64,000 bases of DNA from Chrysomallon squamiferum (GCA_012295275.1 CM022669.1:62001-126000), one strand, 5' to 3'. Shown: positions 13,104 to 26,798, counted from the first letter of the stretch. Notes: generated by a model not told the origin, from the letters alone. A program made the numbers and translations.

Positions 13104-14669
13104 TATTTCTGAAATAGCTTCTAAAAACGAATCCACGTAATTTCCATCTGATAATCGATTGATTCATTGTAGTCACGGAAGACAATAATACAACTGGCTT
13201 GTTTGGAATTAAAATGCTTCAAAAAAATAACTGGTCTAGGGGTATCCGATATGGGGTCTGTGTATGCATAGACAGAAATACCGTAGCACGTTTTTGTACA
13301 CTAGAACACAACAAACACAAGACACTTTTAAAACTGTATTCGCGCCAGCTAGGAACAGTCAGTTCAGTAGTATAGAATAATACAGATGGATAGAAATATT
13401 GTAATATTGTAACAACAGTTACATCAGGGTTAATACAATCAGAAGAGCAAATATTTATATATGTAACTAGTTACCCAGTGCATCAAGTGACCGTTATTTC
13501 CACAGTTTTGAATTTTTTGGAATTTTTATCAATTAATTAATTGCACTAATTAGCTCAAATGTACCTTAAGCCTTAATTAAGTAATTCTCAAAAAAGATTA
13601 ATGAATTGCACAAGCCTTTACATTTCTCAAGCATTTTGCTAACGTTCACTTCTTCATTATTTGTATATTATTTTTGGCTCATTTACCATTAATTTGCTTT
13701 ACGAGTTCATTATAGTATACAGATCAGATATGAAAGAAAATATGACCTAAAACAGAAATATTATGCCACATAATTATTAAATCAAACAACACAGACGAAA
13801 AATCTAACTTTTCAGACACCGACAGCAACAACAACGACAACAGCATCGTCTTTAGATGAGAACAGCACACATTTTGGTATTAAAAATTAAGAACGTGCTA
13901 CCCTAAAAATGTGTATGAAATTTGGCAGAATCTCAGAATATTTACCAATGACGTTGTCTATAAATATCGACATTCATAATAAAAAATTTAAACAAAACAT
14001 GAAATTTGCTGGTATATCTGTAAATTGAAAGATGATTTTCATCCAAACGTCAGTTTGAGTTGTTCTTCACTAGAGCTCTGAATATCCTCAGCTCAGACCT
14101 TAATGTGACCTTCATAGAGTTCAACGGTTATTTCCAAGAAGGAAAATAAAATAGGTAACGTAACAATATGAGTTTTTATTTTATTTTGTTTTATTTTTTA
14201 TTTGATTTTCTTATTTGTTATTTTTATTTTTATAATTTCTTTATATATTTTTTTCAATTCTTTTTTTTCTTCTTTTTATTTCGCTGACTTTCCAGTTATA
14301 GTGCTTCATTTAAAAGTGTTCTTATTAAATATGACACGTAGTCGTAGTTAGGCTGGTATACTTACTGCTTTTCTTTTGCTACGTTCTTCATTTTTTATTT
14401 TATTTTTTTTTTATTTGTGTATTTATTTTACTGTTTTTGTTTATTTCTTAAGTTTTTCTTTCTTTCTTTCTTTCTTTTTTCTTTTTTCTTTCTTTCTTTT
14501 CCTTAATTTGATGTCAATATAATGAATACATAACCTATAACTGTCCTGTTATTTAATCAACAATTAACATTCGATACAGTTATTTAGTTATTAAATCAAA
14601 TTACTGTTCGATTGCCTGTAATGTATATGAATTATAAACAGAAATGTATGAATCTCCTCAGTGTTATCT

Positions 14670-14820
14670 AGTTTCTGTTTCCTTGTAGTCTATTTCTGTT
14701 TCGTGTCACTCACCAAATATATGACAGCCCACGTACCTCGAACAATTAATAAGATCTTAATGTTTAACTAAATGGCGGTTTACACTGCATGTTCACAGTG
14801 TTTCTTTTTGAAAATTCGAG
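14670..14820 (+). promoter_or_regulatory. Putative ISRE-containing promoter and non-coding first exon of cGLR copy 2
   Basis: AGTTTCTGTTTCCT (ISRE consensus AGTTTCNNTTTCY) at 14670-14683, second TTTCTGTTTC just downstream, TCACTC at 14706, AAATGGCGG, donor GAG|GTAATA at 14820/14821, and acceptor TTCTTACAG| ending at 16375 before the ATG. Confidence 0.5.
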
Positions 14821-15862
14821 GTAATATTAATTGATCAGATAAAGAATTAAACATTAATTATCTTATGACAAGGTCAAACAGCTGAAATCAAGTGCGTGTT
14901 CGTGTATGTGCGTAATGAGATAAAATTATTATTTTAATTTCTTTGTACTCGTAGAAACCGAGTCATATTTCGAAAATAAACACTTCTCATGTTACTCTTA
15001 TTGCTTGTAAATTAAGAAAAACAACCAATACCCCCCAGAAAAAAAAAGAAAAAAAAAAAAAAACCAGAAGAGAATTGTTAGATACACGCAAGAAATAATA
15101 TATACATACACATATATATATATATGTATGTATATGTATAATAAATAAATAAATAAGAAGGCGTTACTATTCAACCTCTCCCCAGCCTCGCAACCAGACA
15201 TGTAAATCAAACTTATATTTACTTCAAACCTCCGACATTTCATTCATCTGTTGTCCTGGAGACACCGTTAATTAAAATATTAAAAAAATGAATGTTTTAA
15301 CTTTCAAATAAAGATTTAAACTTCCGTAAATAAACACTTCTCATGTTACTGATTATTGCTGTAAATGATACTTCAGTTCGAAACGGCGTAAAAGACAAAA
15401 AAAAAAAAAAAAAAATTATAGGTAAATATTAATGTTTAGTTAATGTATATTTTCTATGGAACATCCATGATCAGTAAATACAGAGCAAAAAGAAAATGTT
15501 TTTATTTTAGAAAATAAATTATTTTTATAGCTGCTAATCATTTCAACACTATATAGTATTTCTAAAAATTGTGTCCTTATACTTTGGAGACAGTTAATAG
15601 TTTTAGAATATAAATAAAGGAAAATGTAATTAATGCACGAATATTTCATGGTAAAACAAAAACAAGTAGTCTCGTTCGACCTAAATCAAAGTAAGATTTT
15701 ATTATTGATTTATCAGTGTATGCTTTTGTATTATAGTTAATATAATAATAGTAACAATAGCTGATATTTATAGTAACAATTGCAGAGATGGAATATATAT
15801 TACCAATTTTTATATTTTTATGTTATTATTTAGATTTTAAAAAATATAATTAAGAATACATG

Positions 15863-15922
<60 letters not shown>

Positions 15923-16423
15923 TCGTTTTATATTTTTCTATATATTATCTCCGTGACAAATGAAACTGATCTAAACTAAAAAATAACGACACTGAAAAAT
16001 CGTTATATGTCCTTCAACGTCATTTTCAAATGAATCTAAAGGACAACAACTCCAATTTAGAAACAGTTTAGCTGAGTGGAATTCTGTAATAAATTCGCAA
16101 TGGTATTAAAACTGAGATGGTTTAAGATGAACCATAAATTCCTGCCTGGAAATGACATGAAACATACACTACAGAAAAACACGTTGATAAACCAAATTAA
16201 GCAGGTGCCTATCCATTCATACAGAATATGATAATATTCCCAGTCATATTTTTTGTTTTTAATTAATTAATTTATTTACTTCCTTTTTTATTTTGCCTCA
16301 CGTCTTCAAAACTTTGTAGCATGTATCCATGCTACGTAAGTAAAATAGTGTTACTTGTGTTGTTACTTCTTACAGATTGTACGAGAAAGATAGATCAATG
16401 ACATAGCAAAAGAACTTGATAAA

Positions 16424-19285
16424 ATGTCACACAATATGGATTCTGCATCTTCTACATCAAAGACAGAATCACAAACATCTACTAATACAGGACAGTCGTT
16501 ATCAAAGGAAAGTGATATATCAGAAGACGGAACAAAATCAACTTCTTCATCTGATGGAAGAAGTAAAACAAATAATGAAACATCACAGTCGTCTAAAACG
16601 TTTGATAACGAAATAAAAGCAAAAGTAATTTATGAGACTACTTATGATATATCTTCAATTTCTTCATCTGGTGCAAGACCTAAAACTAACAACAGTAAGA
16701 AAAAATGAACATATGCAATCGCAAATGAACAGATTTCCGAGCTTAATAAGTTTATGAACAAACTGGTGGAAAAGGGCGTGGTTGTGAGTCTAACAGACAT
16801 AGAATCGGAATTACAAACATTTTACAGCAAAGATGTTTGTCCCGAGACAAGTGAGATGATAACAGCTGCATCTATCTTTGATACATTTAAGAATAATTTA
16901 CTAAGGAAACTAAAGAAAATGACACCTTTTAGATTTTCCTTTTTTAACGACGGTTCATTCTACGATGGAACAAAGGTTAGTACGGCAGTTGTTTCATAAC
17001 TTGTAACAGTCGAACAGTTTGTGAACCATTAAACTACACTTCTAATTGTTTAAATTTTAGGCAAAAAGCGTACTCAAAAATAGACGTACCATTATTTTTA
17101 TTTATTTATTCTGCAGTTTTCTTTCTCTTCTTCTTTTTTATTTTCCTTCTTCTTCTTGTTAATACTAATATTGTTGTTGTTTTTATTCTTTATTTCCTTT
17201 TGTCTCTACTTGTTGTTTCTCAAGAAAATTCATTTTCTTTAGAGCAGGAAAAAAGAATTTGACAATATCTGTTTTAAAGTCCTGCTTCCTAACAATCATC
17301 CGTGTATAAATGTTCATTACATATTATTTTATTTTATTTTGCAGGTCAAGTCTGCTGATCAAAGTGACTGTTTGTTAATCCCCGAGATAGAAATCACTGA
17401 GGTAGAATATTCAGATAAGGATTATGGCTACTGTTCCATCACCCCTGACAAAACAAAGCTGCCTAAAGGTGTAGACCTTTTAGACGAAAATTATTTGAGT
17501 GCAGTGAAATTTCGGGATTATTTTTTTTAAGCATTTGGAGAATATAGTGACAGAGTTTACAGAGTGGAAACGTAAGCAGTTTAATCTAGAAGTTATTGTT
17601 TCATCTGTCTGTCTGTCTGTCTGATCGTCTGTCTTTATTGCTTCCTGGTGTTTGAATTCATATTTTTATGTACATAAAACTAAATACAATCATATATACA
17701 AGATAACATTTATTTTATTTTTCGAAGTAGGAACGTAAGCTGTTTAATCTAGAAGTTATTATTTCATCTGTCTGTCTGGATGTGTATTTGTCGTCCTGTT
17801 TTGTATTATAGATTTATTGCTTGTCTGATCTATTAGTTTGTGTTATTTACGATAATTTCAGAAATCTCATTATTAGTTATGCGTTAGGCGAATGCGACAT
17901 TCACGAGTGCAAGAAATCGTGACGTTGAGGAAATTATGCTAATTAAAACAAATAACTCTTTCAAAATTCTCCTATCAACTAATATGAACTGAAACATTAA
18001 AACATAATCTGCTGATGACTGAAATTGATACGAATTTAGTTCACTGGAATGCCACCATTAATTTTGTGTAGATGTATTCTACAGCTGAACCTTTGCTGTC
18101 ACGTATCAGTTAAAAGTAACAGACAGTTTGACATCAGACAGTGCTGTTTGACAATTATTCAACTGACTGAGGATTGGGAAACTATTTCAAATGCAGCAAA
18201 TTTCTACTAATATTTACCTCATTGTTTTAACTGTAATTACAAGCTTGCACTTAAAAGAAAGCAGGATTTGAAGGAATCATAATCCTTTAGTTTTATTTTA
18301 TTTATTTACCGTTATTGTTTTAATTATATTTATAGCTGTTGTCATTTCTTCTTCTTCTAATTGTCTTTGGCTGAATGTGCATCACTTTTGTTTTTTGTTT
18401 TTGTTAAGAATATTATTCATGGTTGTTTTAATTTCCTTATTTCCTTTTTTGTTTTTCTTTTCTTTATACCTTTTTCTTTTCTATTAATATCTTCAATACA
18501 GGAATAAATAACTATCCTGAATCCCCGACTTTCACCGTGAGACATGAAACGGAAAATTTAAGTATGGATATTGTGCCTGCTGTAGCGGTACCAAAATGGC
18601 CGGATCATTTAAACATTTTGAGCTGTCTCGAGAAAGAAGAATCTAACAAGATAAAAGAGAAAGGCTTCCATGTTGATACCAAAAATAAGAAAAGTAATTA
18701 AATATATATTGTAATTGTATAACCTGATTAAGTGTATCTTTCACCCAAAAAAGTTTTTAATTTTGATATTGTTTCGATATTACTCTGTTTTGCTCTTTTT
18801 ATTTTCAAGTTTCAGATACGCAGGAATTTCAGTTCGTGATATTACAAAATGAGGATCAATGAGTAATGCGTCATTTTCAGTTTTGAGCATTGTTTCTCAT
18901 TTTAAGTCTTGTATCGTCACAGACTTAAGATGACGTATTCTCAAAAAGAAAGTCATTTATAAACATGAACATGTTTTCAAATAAGAATAATACAGACAGC
19001 TGATATTTAGCTATATACGAATTACCTAAATATGAATAATATACATGCCCACAAACAGTCCAAAAAAAGAAGCAAGAAATGTTTTATTTTATGAAAACTC
19101 AACACATTTTATTTACGGTTATATGGTGTCGGATAGGTGGTTAAGAACCACACTACTGTGAGAGAGGAAACCCGCTGTTGCCACTTCATGGGCAACTATT
19201 TTTGAATAGCAGTACCATCCCATAGACAGGGTAGTATATACTAGTCATGCTGCACTGGTTGGAAGACGAAATGGCCCAGTGCACC

Positions 19286-19323
<38 letters not shown>

Positions 19324-19466
19324 TCTGTGTGTGATTGTGTGTGTGTATGTGTGTGTGTGTATGTGTGTGTGTGTGTGTGTTTGTCTGTGTGTGTGTGTAT
19401 GTGTGTGTGTGTTTGTCTGTCTGTGTGTGTGTGTGTGTGTGTTTGTATGTGTGTTTGTGTGTGTGT

Positions 19467-19504
<38 letters not shown>

Positions 19505-19839
19505 GTGGTGAATTCACACCAAACATGTGGGTGATATATTGTAAATGTCAGCTATTACAAATAGTCTTCACAATGCAGCTTTAAGACAGGTGTCATTTGT
19601 TATATTCTGGTTTTCTACTTTTCTTTTTTCTTTGCATTTCTACCGATTCCGCCATTTTGGATGTTAGCCTGTGGGACGCAGTAACAGTAACTAAGGGGGG
19701 GGGGGCGTGGCTTACGGAGTAATTGTAGAAACATGAATTAGATAATAGATTCGAGCATCCAAATAAATAAAATTATATTACATTCCTAGTGTTTTCTGTC
19801 GACAAAGATTTAAAAAATTATCACAGACTACAAAAACGA

Positions 19840-19876
<37 letters not shown>

Positions 19877-19915
19877 AACAACAACAGCAACAACAACAAT
19901 AATAATAATAATAAC

Positions 19916-19966
<51 letters not shown>

Positions 19967-20667
19967 AATAAATAAATAAATATTATAAAATTGTAACTAG
20001 AGAAGATAATACAGTTTCCTGGGATTTTACATTTATTATTTATTTATTCATTTTATTCTGTTGAATTTTGTTTTCAGTTTCAATGTGATTTCCATTTTCA
20101 GATGGCCGCTTCTGGAGGATAACGTTTTGTCAGGCTGAGAAAATATTAACTAGAGATGCAGATAAAAAACAAGCTGGTAACGAAAGTGAAACCTGTAGGA
20201 TACAGGTAATGTGTATCGTGAAAAGAATCCTGGAAATCACAAAAACAAATTCATCAGACACAGTCCCAAGCAATATTATGATCGTGAAGATATTACAAAA
20301 AGCGGCTGATCATATTCGAAAAGAGCATAAAAAATTTGGAGTCGACTTCAGAGTGGAAGGGTTTTCAACCTATCATTTGCGTACGTTGATGTTGACGATG
20401 TTTTATAAAAAATTCCCTGATCCTTCTGTCTGGAAGGCTGAGTCATTGGTAGACTGTGTGCGCGAGACACTGACCCACCTTAAGAAGTGGATGGCAGGCG
20501 AAGAGAAAATAAACAATTTCTTCTGGCCTGAAGATGAACTGATTAAGTATGTATCCAGAAGAGAAAGACGATTTATCTATCTCATCGTATCAGAACTGTT
20601 TTGTTACCTTGACCGTACTACTACTACTACTACTCCTACTACTACTACTACTACTATACCATTATAA
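16424..20667 (+). pseudogene. cGLR: cGLR copy 2, disrupted; exons 16424-16975, 17345-17571, 18502-18693, 20102-20667
   Basis: Same exon structure with canonical GT/AG sites. In-frame TGA at 16706-16708; the frame continues TYAIANEQISELNKFMNK and a downstream ATG at 16754 is in frame. One extra T in the T-run at 17521-17528 gives TAA in exon 2. The C-terminus runs into an (ACT)n repeat (poly-Thr). Confidence 0.78.
19076..19286 (-). mobile_element. Same SINE remnant in copy 2 intron 3
   Basis: Near-identical to 7863-8073 at the equivalent position. Confidence 0.7.
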
Positions 20668-22969
20668 AATCTCGTAATAGTTTTAACAACCATATATATT
20701 AGTCCGTCATTAAATAATGTCCATTCGTGTACACATTTGTTACAAATATTTTAAGTTTAAAACTATTTAATTTGGTTTGTAACACTATATGTAATATTGA
20801 TGAAATAAAGAGCTTGTTTGCTATTTTGTACTAAAGTTTTTGGAAGCGTGCTTACACTAAGCACGGAATCCAGTTCATATCATACAATGTTCGTGTTACT
20901 AACAGTCTGTCAAGTGAAACATTTCAGACAATTAATTCATTCACTTACTGATTTTATATTTTAAAAGAATTAAAACGAATGTGAACGTTTTGTTTTGCAG
21001 TGCATGCTGGGATTAATTCACTTGTATAGATACGAGTCGTTGTTATCAAATGTTTTCTTATCTGCTTGTTTTCCTGTGAAGTGAAAAATATGTGTTTCTT
21101 GCTGGTATTTTGTAAGACGAGCCCAGCGTCACAAGACACGCATGAATGATATTTAGTGGTCCTCAGTACAGTATTATCAGATCATGTTAACCATTTATAC
21201 ACTTACTTTAAAGGAAACGCCTATCGCAAAACAAACCTTTTATCTGTCTTTTTTCTCCTGCGCAGATCGATTTCGCAATGGCTGACTGCTCAGCAACTCG
21301 TACTTGTTGGCTATCGTGAGCTTTGTGTGCGATATTGGACATTTCTCTGGAATCTGTTTGACTTCACGATAGTGCTTGAACTAGCTGATATGTATGCGGA
21401 CATTAATTTTTTTATTTTATTTTATGACTTTATTTTTATTTTGCAATATTTTCCTATTTACCCCTTATGACCGATTAAGGATTTGATGTCCAGTAAATCT
21501 ACAAGTAAACTCTCATAAATGCTTTATTTCTATGGTCAGATATTACATAATGTAACAAACATCTTCAGTTAATTAGTGTGATGTGATAAGTATAGTGATG
21601 TATGTAAATGTATGTCGGACTGAACGTAGTAGAAAATGCTTGTTCTCGAGGGGGGGGGGCATGTTGCACGGTTGCTATGGGGCCATTCTTACCTCCTAAA
21701 ACAACTGATTTGCTTACTGGCTTTGAACAATACGCAACAGTATTGTAAACAATGTATTTAAGCGCAGTGCCAATAGTTTCATCTTGAAAAGACTTCGGGA
21801 ATTTCCGACGGGTTTTCCTAGGCCGTCACTGTTCACGAACTCCACCGACAGCACGCGATGCACTTAGCATTAATATCATGCTCGTGTTACACACCTATTG
21901 AAAAAGCTTTTAAAATTAGGTAATAATGGGTTTTCTTCGTAGGTATGTGACAAAATATTTAAAACATCATTTTCCTATAAAATTATATATCATCAGAAAG
22001 AGCAAAAAATATAAAATAAAATTAAAATAATACCAAGATATCTTTGATATCACTGATATTTTGAACAAAGTTTTTTTTTTTTTTTTTTTTTTTCAGAATC
22101 TATTGTGAAACAGTGATTCATATCAGTCAATTGGCAACATTAACACTGAATATCTCATACAGTTTCAAACCAGCTGTCATGGGGATTCCCCATAGCTGCA
22201 AGTATATCTGTCTCAGGCAGGTTGCTACCAGAGTTAGCGTGGCTCTTAGTTATCATTCGGCATAAATGTTCTCATATGATGAAATATAATGTTGAAATAA
22301 TTATATTAGGTATTTGACAAAAGCATTTGCAGTTTTCATTTTGTTTGTTTTGTGGTTGTTATTTTCTAAAGAGTTGTTGTTCTTACTAATAACACTATTA
22401 TTATTTAATTTCTTTTTCGTTTTCATTTTTAAGTTGGTTATAGTAATGAAATTTGGTAGATTTGTTGCTTATTTCTCTAAAGTAAATAAATAAAATAATA
22501 ATGTTTAATCAAGTTTTAATAATTTTAAAATTTGTTTATTCATTGGTGATCAAATACTAAAAGAAAACAAAAAAGTAATAATAGTAATAAATGTTTATTA
22601 ATATAAAGTGATAATGTTTCTTCCCTGTACACACAGTTTCAACAAGTCAAGCGCACATTGCTTATTTTAATGAGATATTTATTGTAAGTATACACAATAG
22701 ATTTAATAATAAGTGGTATATTTTATCGCATGACGTAAAATGTAAAAAATTTCCATAGGGGAATCCCCTACGGAAAAACCTATTTCTGAAATAGCTTCTA
22801 AAAACGAATCCACGTAATTTCCATCTGCTAATCGATTGATTCATTGTAGTCACGGACCGATACTTCGCCAGAGAGAGAGCGTACCTGTAGCAGACGAGTT
22901 TCATGACAGTACGTTAATTTAAAAAAATATATATATATATATATTTATCGCTTACACGCTTATAAGCCG

Positions 22970-23000
<31 letters not shown>

Positions 23001-23001
23001 T

Positions 23002-23658
23002 ATGAAGCTAAAAATAATGAGAACTGTAATTTGTGCCCTGTTGTTTTTCAACATACTTCTAGCGACTGTTTCGATTGCTTTGAAGGTTGTTATGTATCAA
23101 AACCGCGGATCACACACACAGACTGAGCCTATATTGTGCGAAGAGAAGAAGGTGAGTGCAGAAAACAAACTATTAAACATTGTGTTAGTAACGGGGGGGG
23201 GCGTGAAAAAAGTGTTCGTTTTTAAATTTTATATTTCAATTAAGTGTAACTTCCTCTAGACGTCACACACACACATACACACACACACACACACATACAC
23301 ACACACACACACATACACACATACATACATACACACACATACACACATACATACACATACACACATACACATATACACACATTCATACACACATACACAC
23401 ACATACGCACATACACACATACACACACACATACACAGACATACATACACACACACGTACACACATACACACATACACACACATACGCACACATATACAC
23501 ATACACACATACACACGCATACACACACATACACACACACATACACACATACACATACACATACACACATACACACATACATATATACATACACACACAC
23601 ACACACATACATACACATACATATATACATATACATACATACACACACATACACACAG

Positions 23659-23701
<43 letters not shown>

Positions 23702-23908
23702 TACACATACACTTATACACACATACATACACACACACATACACACACACACACACACATACACACAATCATACACAGATATCCACACACACACACACAC
23801 ACACACATACACACAATCATACACACACATACACACATACATACACACATACATACACACACATACACATACATACATACACACATGCACACACACACAC
23901 ATACACAG

Positions 23909-23957
<49 letters not shown>

Positions 23958-24305
23958 AAAAGCAGTCACACACATACACTCACACACACATACACACACA
24001 TACAGACATTCACACACACACATGCACACACACATACACACACACAGAGAAACACACACACACACACAGAAACAGACAAACACACACACCGCTCCAAACT
24101 CGTCTGAAATAAATATATATGGCAGGACATTCAATATCTGCTTTGTTCTCTGGTCTCTGTTGTTAATAAACCAGAAACAAACGTGAGCCCCAGCCACCAC
24201 TGAACAAAAGAGGATTTTTTTTTTTTTTTTTTTTAGGAAGGATTTCTTGCAAAGGAAGAAAAATCCAACAGTAAATATTGCATTGGAAAGAGCGACTTCA
24301 AAGAG
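23002..24305 (+). CDS. ORF A: N-terminal exons of a small type-II membrane protein; exons 23002-23151 and 24237-24305; 3' end unresolved
   Basis: MKLKIMRTVICALLFFNILLATVSIALKVVMY (basic residues then a hydrophobic anchor)...PILCEEKK|GTGAGT. After a long T tract and AG, the second exon reads EGFLAKEEKSNSKYCIGKSDFKE|GT. Both junctions are phase 0 and the product aligns with ORF B. Confidence 0.6.
23264..24088. repeat. About 820-bp degenerate (CA)n/(CATA)n tract inside the ORF A intron
   Basis: Read directly. Confidence 0.95.
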
Positions 24306-24839
24306 GTATTCATCGTACTTTTTTTTTTTTTTTTTTTTTAAGTAGACATACCTATATTACATTTACTAATACTCCTAATAAGCAGATACAATTACTATTT
24401 ATAATAACCAGGTTTGTAATAATGATGATTGTCATCATCACAAAAACAAGTAATTAATTAATATCAGAATTGTAATAATTAGGCAAAAAACTGCATGCAA
24501 CAACTAAGCGTTTATTAAATTTTGTCCCGAATAGTGTAGCGTAGAATTATTGATGTGAAGCGTCACGTGACTCGTTTTGTGACCTATATTACTAATTCTC
24601 CGCCATAATGCTTACTTCGTACAGAATAAAGGTCTTTGTTTTGGTGATTTTTTTTTAACAATATCTTTGGAGGAATTGTGTCTATTGTTTTATTTATTTT
24701 ACTGTCGACAAACGCCTGTAGATTATAATTGCGTTTTATGTCAGGAAACAACTGCAGTGCTTTTTACAAAAAGGAAGGAAATTAATCAAACAACTAAATG
24801 TATTGGAAAATGCGATTTCAAGAAGGTTTTTATTTATAA

Positions 24840-24876
<37 letters not shown>

Positions 24877-24910
24877 TATTACTTACAGATTTATAAGCCG
24901 AAATTTAAAA

Positions 24911-24942
<32 letters not shown>

Positions 24943-26798
24943 TAATAATGCATTATTTCATGTAAAAATAATAAATCTAAAAATAAATTAATAATTATTA
25001 CAAATAACATAAGAAAATAATAATAATTTAAATATGTACTAAGCAATCGCTTTAGTCTTGGGCGTTTCGTTAGAATGTTAATATAATATTTTATTTGGTC
25101 TGATTTATTTTGTACAGCAATGTAAAAAGTTTACATACAAACATTAAAATACCAGGAGAGCACGAGAAAGTGAAAAACACTATTTCCATTTTTGTCCTGT
25201 AAACATACTGGAATAGCGAATGAAAGGCAATTTGTGATATTAAAATACCGTGGACGTTAATGATGATTTTGAATTGCCAAATAAAGATTCAGAATTTTCT
25301 TTTTTTTAAATCTGTTAATTTTTGTTGAAACTGGAAATCACATCAGCCGACCATGAATACAAACACTGAAACACAATCACCAGTGTAAATAATGTTCAAG
25401 TTCATATTTATTTTAAATTAAAACAGTAAAATCATTACAATATATAAATATATAAATAAATTGTTTTGTTTTATTCCTCAACATAATTTAGCATTTAAAA
25501 CATCATATGCCGATACCATTGCGAGATACTGTGTCGTAGATGATTTTAAACGGTAACTGTAAGGTTAAAAATATTGCAAAGAATACAGACTCGGATGATC
25601 CCTGCAGATGTATATTGTCACATTTTTCTAATCTTCATTTGTACTGTTTCCTTCCAGGCTTCTTTGCACCTTGTTACTAAATGTTTACGCATGTTTATCA
25701 TCAGAAAGAGCAAAAAAAAAAAAAATAATAATAATAATAATAATACCAAGATATCTTTGATATCACTGATGTTTTGTACAAAGTTGTTTTTTCAAAATCT
25801 ATTGTGAAACAGTGATTCATATCAGTCAATTGGCAACATTAACACTGAATATCTCATACAGTTTCAAACCAGCTGTCATGGGGATTGCCCATAGCTGCAA
25901 GTATATCTGTCTCAGGCAGGTTGCTACCCGAGTTAGCTTGGCTCTTAGTTATCATTCGGCATAAATGTTCTCATATGATGAAATATAATGTTGAAATAAT
26001 TATATTAGGTATTTGACAAAAGCATTTACAGTTTTCATTTTGTTTGTTTTGTGGTTGTTATTTTCTAAAGAGTTGTTGTTCTTATTAATAACACTATTAT
26101 TATTTAATTTCTTTTTCGTTTTCATTTTTAAGTTGGTTATAGTAATGAAATTTGGTAGACTTGTTGCTTATTTCTTTAAAGTAAATAAATAAAATAATAA
26201 TGTTTAATCTAGTTTTAATAATTTTAAAATTTGTTTATTCATTGATCCAATATTAAAAGAAAACAAAAAAGTAATAATAATAATAAATGTTTATTAATGT
26301 AAAGTGATGTTTCTTCCCTGTACACACAGTTTCAACAAGTCAAGTGCAGATTGCTTATTTTAATGAGATATTTATTGTAAGTATACACCATGTATATAAT
26401 AATAAGTGGTATATTTTATCGCATGACGTAAAATGTAAAAGAATTCCATAGGGGAATCCCCGACGGAAAAACCTATTTCTGAAATAGCTTCCTAAAAACG
26501 AATCCACGTAATTTCCATCTGCTAATCGATTGATTCATTGTAGTCACGGAAAACAATAATACAACTGGCTTGTTTGGAATTAAAATGCTTAAAAAAAAAA
26601 AAATCTCAATAAAATGAAATAAAATTAATAAAAATAAAAATGAAGATGTAAAGAAAATAAATAAATTAATAAATAACACTAAATAAAACACTTGTTTCTT
26701 TCTTCCAAACAGAGGACGCTCCCGTTTTACTAACTAATGTATAAGTAATTTACGTAGTATCTTGAACCTTGAACCTTGACAAAAATTAACGTGCTGTG

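Noticed and set aside
23240-24200. Long Cys/Val-rich and His/Thr-rich ORFs (also at 8031-8292, 19245-19584, 51396-51714)
   Set aside because: Translations of (CA)n/(TG)n microsatellites.
25648-25700. CAG|ASLHLV as the first strand of a TNF homology domain
   Set aside because: Only a 4-5 residue resemblance, and the sequence is cut by the repeat junction with no further TNF motifs.
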